DNA of 64,000 nt, from the NCBI GenBank assembly GCA_965140415.1, contig OZ223209.1:5536001-5600000 (forward strand), read 5' to 3'. How positions within the stretch are numbered: position 1 is the stretch's first letter; each line of letters starts with the position of its first letter. The notes below the pieces were generated by a model. The model saw nothing but the letters and a program-made list of their open reading frames with translations. It did no database searches and had not been told where the DNA came from. Below, piece after piece: positions 61,581 through 64,000 of the stretch. The DNA comes from Myxococcota bacterium. GTDB taxonomy: Bacteria; Myxococcota_A; SURF-8. The position numbers were made by a program, and so were the translations under genes.

Positions 61581-63085
61581 CAGCGATAGCTGCTGTTAAA
61601 CCACCACTCGACCTGTACGCCCAAGTAGTGTTGCCAGGATTTGCTGCGACGCACGTCCTTCAAGGGGAAGACGTCTTTCGCCCCCTTGTTCAAATAGCTT
61701 GCCGTATAGACCAAGCGGAACTGCGGACGCTGGTAGGTGCCCCGATCCCAGGACAGAATTTCCATAATGGACAACTGGGTGACCTGCGGTGTCAGATGCG
61801 TCTTGTACACCGGCGATAACCCGGTCGAGTTGCGCCACTGGTAACCCAATTCGAATCCCTGGTGAAAGTGATCGGTAATGAAAATGATCGGCCTTACCGC
61901 CAGCGCGCCTTCCCAGAAATCATCCAGGTCATACTTATTGGGATCGGCGTCTTTGAACTTGCGCGCGTAAAACGCACCCATCACGCCGACCCAGTGACTT
62001 TCCCAGTTGAACGACAGGCCGGTCACGAGTTCATGAGCGCCGCCGGTGGTGTTGTCGGTTCCAAGTCCCCAGGGTGAGCTCCATTCTCCGTAAGCGGCCA
62101 AGCCCTCGGCGTAGCGCACAAACAGGTTCAAATGCGTATTTTTACCGAAGCCCCAGAATCCGACTTCCCCGCCGATCAACCAGCCTTTATCTTTGGGTAA
62201 CTCTTCCGTTTGCATCGCTTCTTCATCGGTATAGGTGCCGGAAGGCAGGTGGTGATATTCGCCGTACAAGCTGACTTTCAATGAAAAGCTGCCCACCAGT
62301 TCCTGTGCCATGTACGTGGCCTTCGCCGAAGCGATGATGCGCTGGCGATTTAACGTCTCCACCGTTTCGGAGCCGAACCAGCGCCCCGGCACGTCGATCG
62401 TTTGCAGTTGATAGTCATTGGTCAGGCGATTGACACCGGCCTGCGCCTTGATCTCCCAGCTTTTGTCGTCGCTCAATCTCACGCCGCCGCCGTAGGTGTT
62501 CAAATTGTCCAGCGGCCAGAAGTCGAACAGGTAGATGTCGTCGCCGCGATACATGCGCGAACCGACCCAAACTTTGACGTAAGGCAGAAATCCGTCCGCT
62601 TCGGCGTAGAGATTACGCAGCGCCAATCGCTGATCCAGATCGCCGGTGAAATGAAAGAACTCTTCGAACAGCGCCAGAGTGATCTGGATGCGCACGCCAA
62701 AGCCGTCCTTGTGGTGCATGCCGTAACCGAAATCCAGTTCGGCATACGGACCCTCCAACAGGCGGGGACCGTGAGATACCACGTTCACGCCCTGCCCGCT
62801 GTGACCGTCGAAATCGGTGGTAGCCTGGATACGGCCATAGCTGCCGAACTGAAAGCCATCTTCCGGATGTGCGGGAGCGGCTTTGGCGCTGGTTTTTTCT
62901 TCAGGCACTTCCTTTTGTGGCGGCGAATCAGAGTCGGACGCCTGCTCATCCTCCGGCGTTTCTGCCAGTACGCCGCAGGGACAGGCCAACCCAAGAACAA
63001 GCAACAGCAAAGCAATCCACCGCGACAGAACCCGCAGACCGCCGGACGCGGTGGTACGTCTTCGTTTTACAATCTGTAGTTGCAT
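61580..63085 (-). CDS. Carbohydrate porin (LamB/maltoporin-like)
   Basis: FGSYGR, YAELDFG, VWVGSRMYRGDDIYLFDFW, C-terminal GVQVEWWF; sits in the maltodextrin operon. Confidence 0.8.
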   Translation of the reverse strand: MQLQIVKRRRTTASGGLRVLSRWIALLLLVLGLACPCGVLAETPEDEQASDSDSPPQKEVPEEKTSAKAAPAHPEDGFQFGSYGRIQATTDFDGHSGQGVNVVSHGPRLLEGPYAELDFGYGMHHKDGFGVRIQITLALFEEFFHFTGDLDQRLALRNLYAEADGFLPYVKVWVGSRMYRGDDIYLFDFWPLDNLNTYGGGVRLSDDKSWEIKAQAGVNRLTNDYQLQTIDVPGRWFGSETVETLNRQRIIASAKATYMAQELVGSFSLKVSLYGEYHHLPSGTYTDEEAMQTEELPKDKGWLIGGEVGFWGFGKNTHLNLFVRYAEGLAAYGEWSSPWGLGTDNTTGGAHELVTGLSFNWESHWVGVMGAFYARKFKDADPNKYDLDDFWEGALAVRPIIFITDHFHQGFELGYQWRNSTGLSPVYKTHLTPQVTQLSIMEILSWDRGTYQRPQFRLVYTASYLNKGAKDVFPLKDVRRSKSWQHYLGVQVEWWFNSSYR

Positions 63086-63218
63086 AGAAGATCTTCCCCT
63101 CGAAAGGTGAACGTAGCACTCCCCGCACATACGTGCATATCCACTTTAATCAATGCGGCGGCTAGGCACAAGCCGAATTCGAATGAATTTTTACTGAAAA
63201 ATCAAGCCACAAACAGCA

Positions 63219-63249
63219 ACATGGCCGGGGCAAAACGCCTCGGCCATGT
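63219..63249. terminator. Hairpin downstream of the PEGA gene, probable terminator
   Basis: acatggccg / cggccatgt stem. Confidence 0.5.
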
Positions 63250-63271
63250 GAAAGTCGAAAGGATTTGGGCG

Positions 63272-64000
63272 CTAACGCCTGAAGTTTACGATAATGGCGT
63301 TGGGGCCGCCCTGATCGCCGTCGGTATTGTTGTTATCACCACCGCCGGAAGTGCCGAACCAATCGGTCGCCGCACCCGCACCGACTACCGCGCCGCCTGC
63401 CACGACGACACCGATGACAGTCCAGAACCACCAGGTCTTGTAGAAGGGCGTGACTTCGTCGTCATCTTCAGCTTTCGCAACCTGCTCGGGCGGAATGTAG
63501 GTATCTTTCCACTCGACCTGATCGCTCATCATCGTGGCCAGATAGTCATAGGTGGCCTGCTGGATGTCTTCGCTGGCCAACTCGATGCGTACGGTATGCG
63601 TTTTGTAGAGTTCCTCACCGATATCGTAGTAGAACCCTTCCAAAGTCACCACGCCGTTGGCTTCGCTGGTGCTGGTCAACAGAATGTTGTTCAGATCCGT
63701 ATCGTCACCGATCGTTCTGACCGATTCCCACATGTTGCGATGATCGAAACCGCGCTTGATGGTATCCAGTTCGGCGGTGTAGCTGTAGTACTTCAGAATC
63801 TGCTTCATTTTGATGTTCAGCTTTTTGCTGACGCCGGTATAAAGCGTCAAGCGCGAGCTGTAATCCTGATATCCCGCAGACTTGATTTCGAAGAAATGCT
63901 CTCCGGCATTGATGTTGCTTAGCTGAATCGGAGTCAGACCGCGGAAGTATCCATCCAGAAATACCGGCAGACCGTCGGGACTGGAATTGACGGACAAACT
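63272..64000 (-). CDS. PEGA-domain protein, 5' end outside the window
   Basis: SVNSSPDGLPVFLDG..RGLTP..AGEH..SAGY; PFYKTWWFW motif before the C-terminal TM helix. Confidence 0.82.
   Translation of the reverse strand, partial: SLSVNSSPDGLPVFLDGYFRGLTPIQLSNINAGEHFFEIKSAGYQDYSSRLTLYTGVSKKLNIKMKQILKYYSYTAELDTIKRGFDHRNMWESVRTIGDDTDLNNILLTSTSEANGVVTLEGFYYDIGEELYKTHTVRIELASEDIQQATYDYLATMMSDQVEWKDTYIPPEQVAKAEDDDEVTPFYKTWWFWTVIGVVVAGGAVVGAGAATDWFGTSGGGDNNNTDGDQGGPNAIIVNFRR

Noticed and set aside
63080-63922. 280-aa + strand ORF
   Set aside because: Antisense shadow of the PEGA-domain gene.

Overview
Chromosomal window from what looks like a deltaproteobacterium or Myxococcota-like bacterium (inferred from the PilS/PilR/PilD cluster, Cys-rich lipoproteins, a MYXO-CTERM-like tail and a fused MalE-MalF). 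About 45 CDS: a >1600-aa lipoprotein with a C-terminal FGE-sulfatase/C-lectin-fold domain running off the left edge (missed by the ORF track), a Fic protein, two paralogous glycerophosphodiester phosphodiesterase lipoproteins, pilS-pilR-pilD plus a second kinase, CheX, a hybrid kinase, TetR, suhB, an HD-domain dNTPase-like protein, rocD, mutS2, pcm, tdk, a GT-C glycosyltransferase, many secreted proteins with acidic DGD linkers, an intact IS4-family element and a maltodextrin uptake operon. No CRISPR array, rRNA or tRNA was seen. The most notable non-coding signals are (i) a pair of ~190-bp structured repeats in inverted orientation bracketing a tetR + hydrolase pair, (ii) a ~180-nt rod-shaped ncRNA candidate upstream of suhB, (iii) a cluster of REP-like palindromes, one of which is split by the IS4 insertion, and (iv) a consensus sigma-54 promoter in front of two small orphan genes. 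I found no complete, clearly novel multi-gene system. All family assignments come from motifs read by eye, not from database searches.
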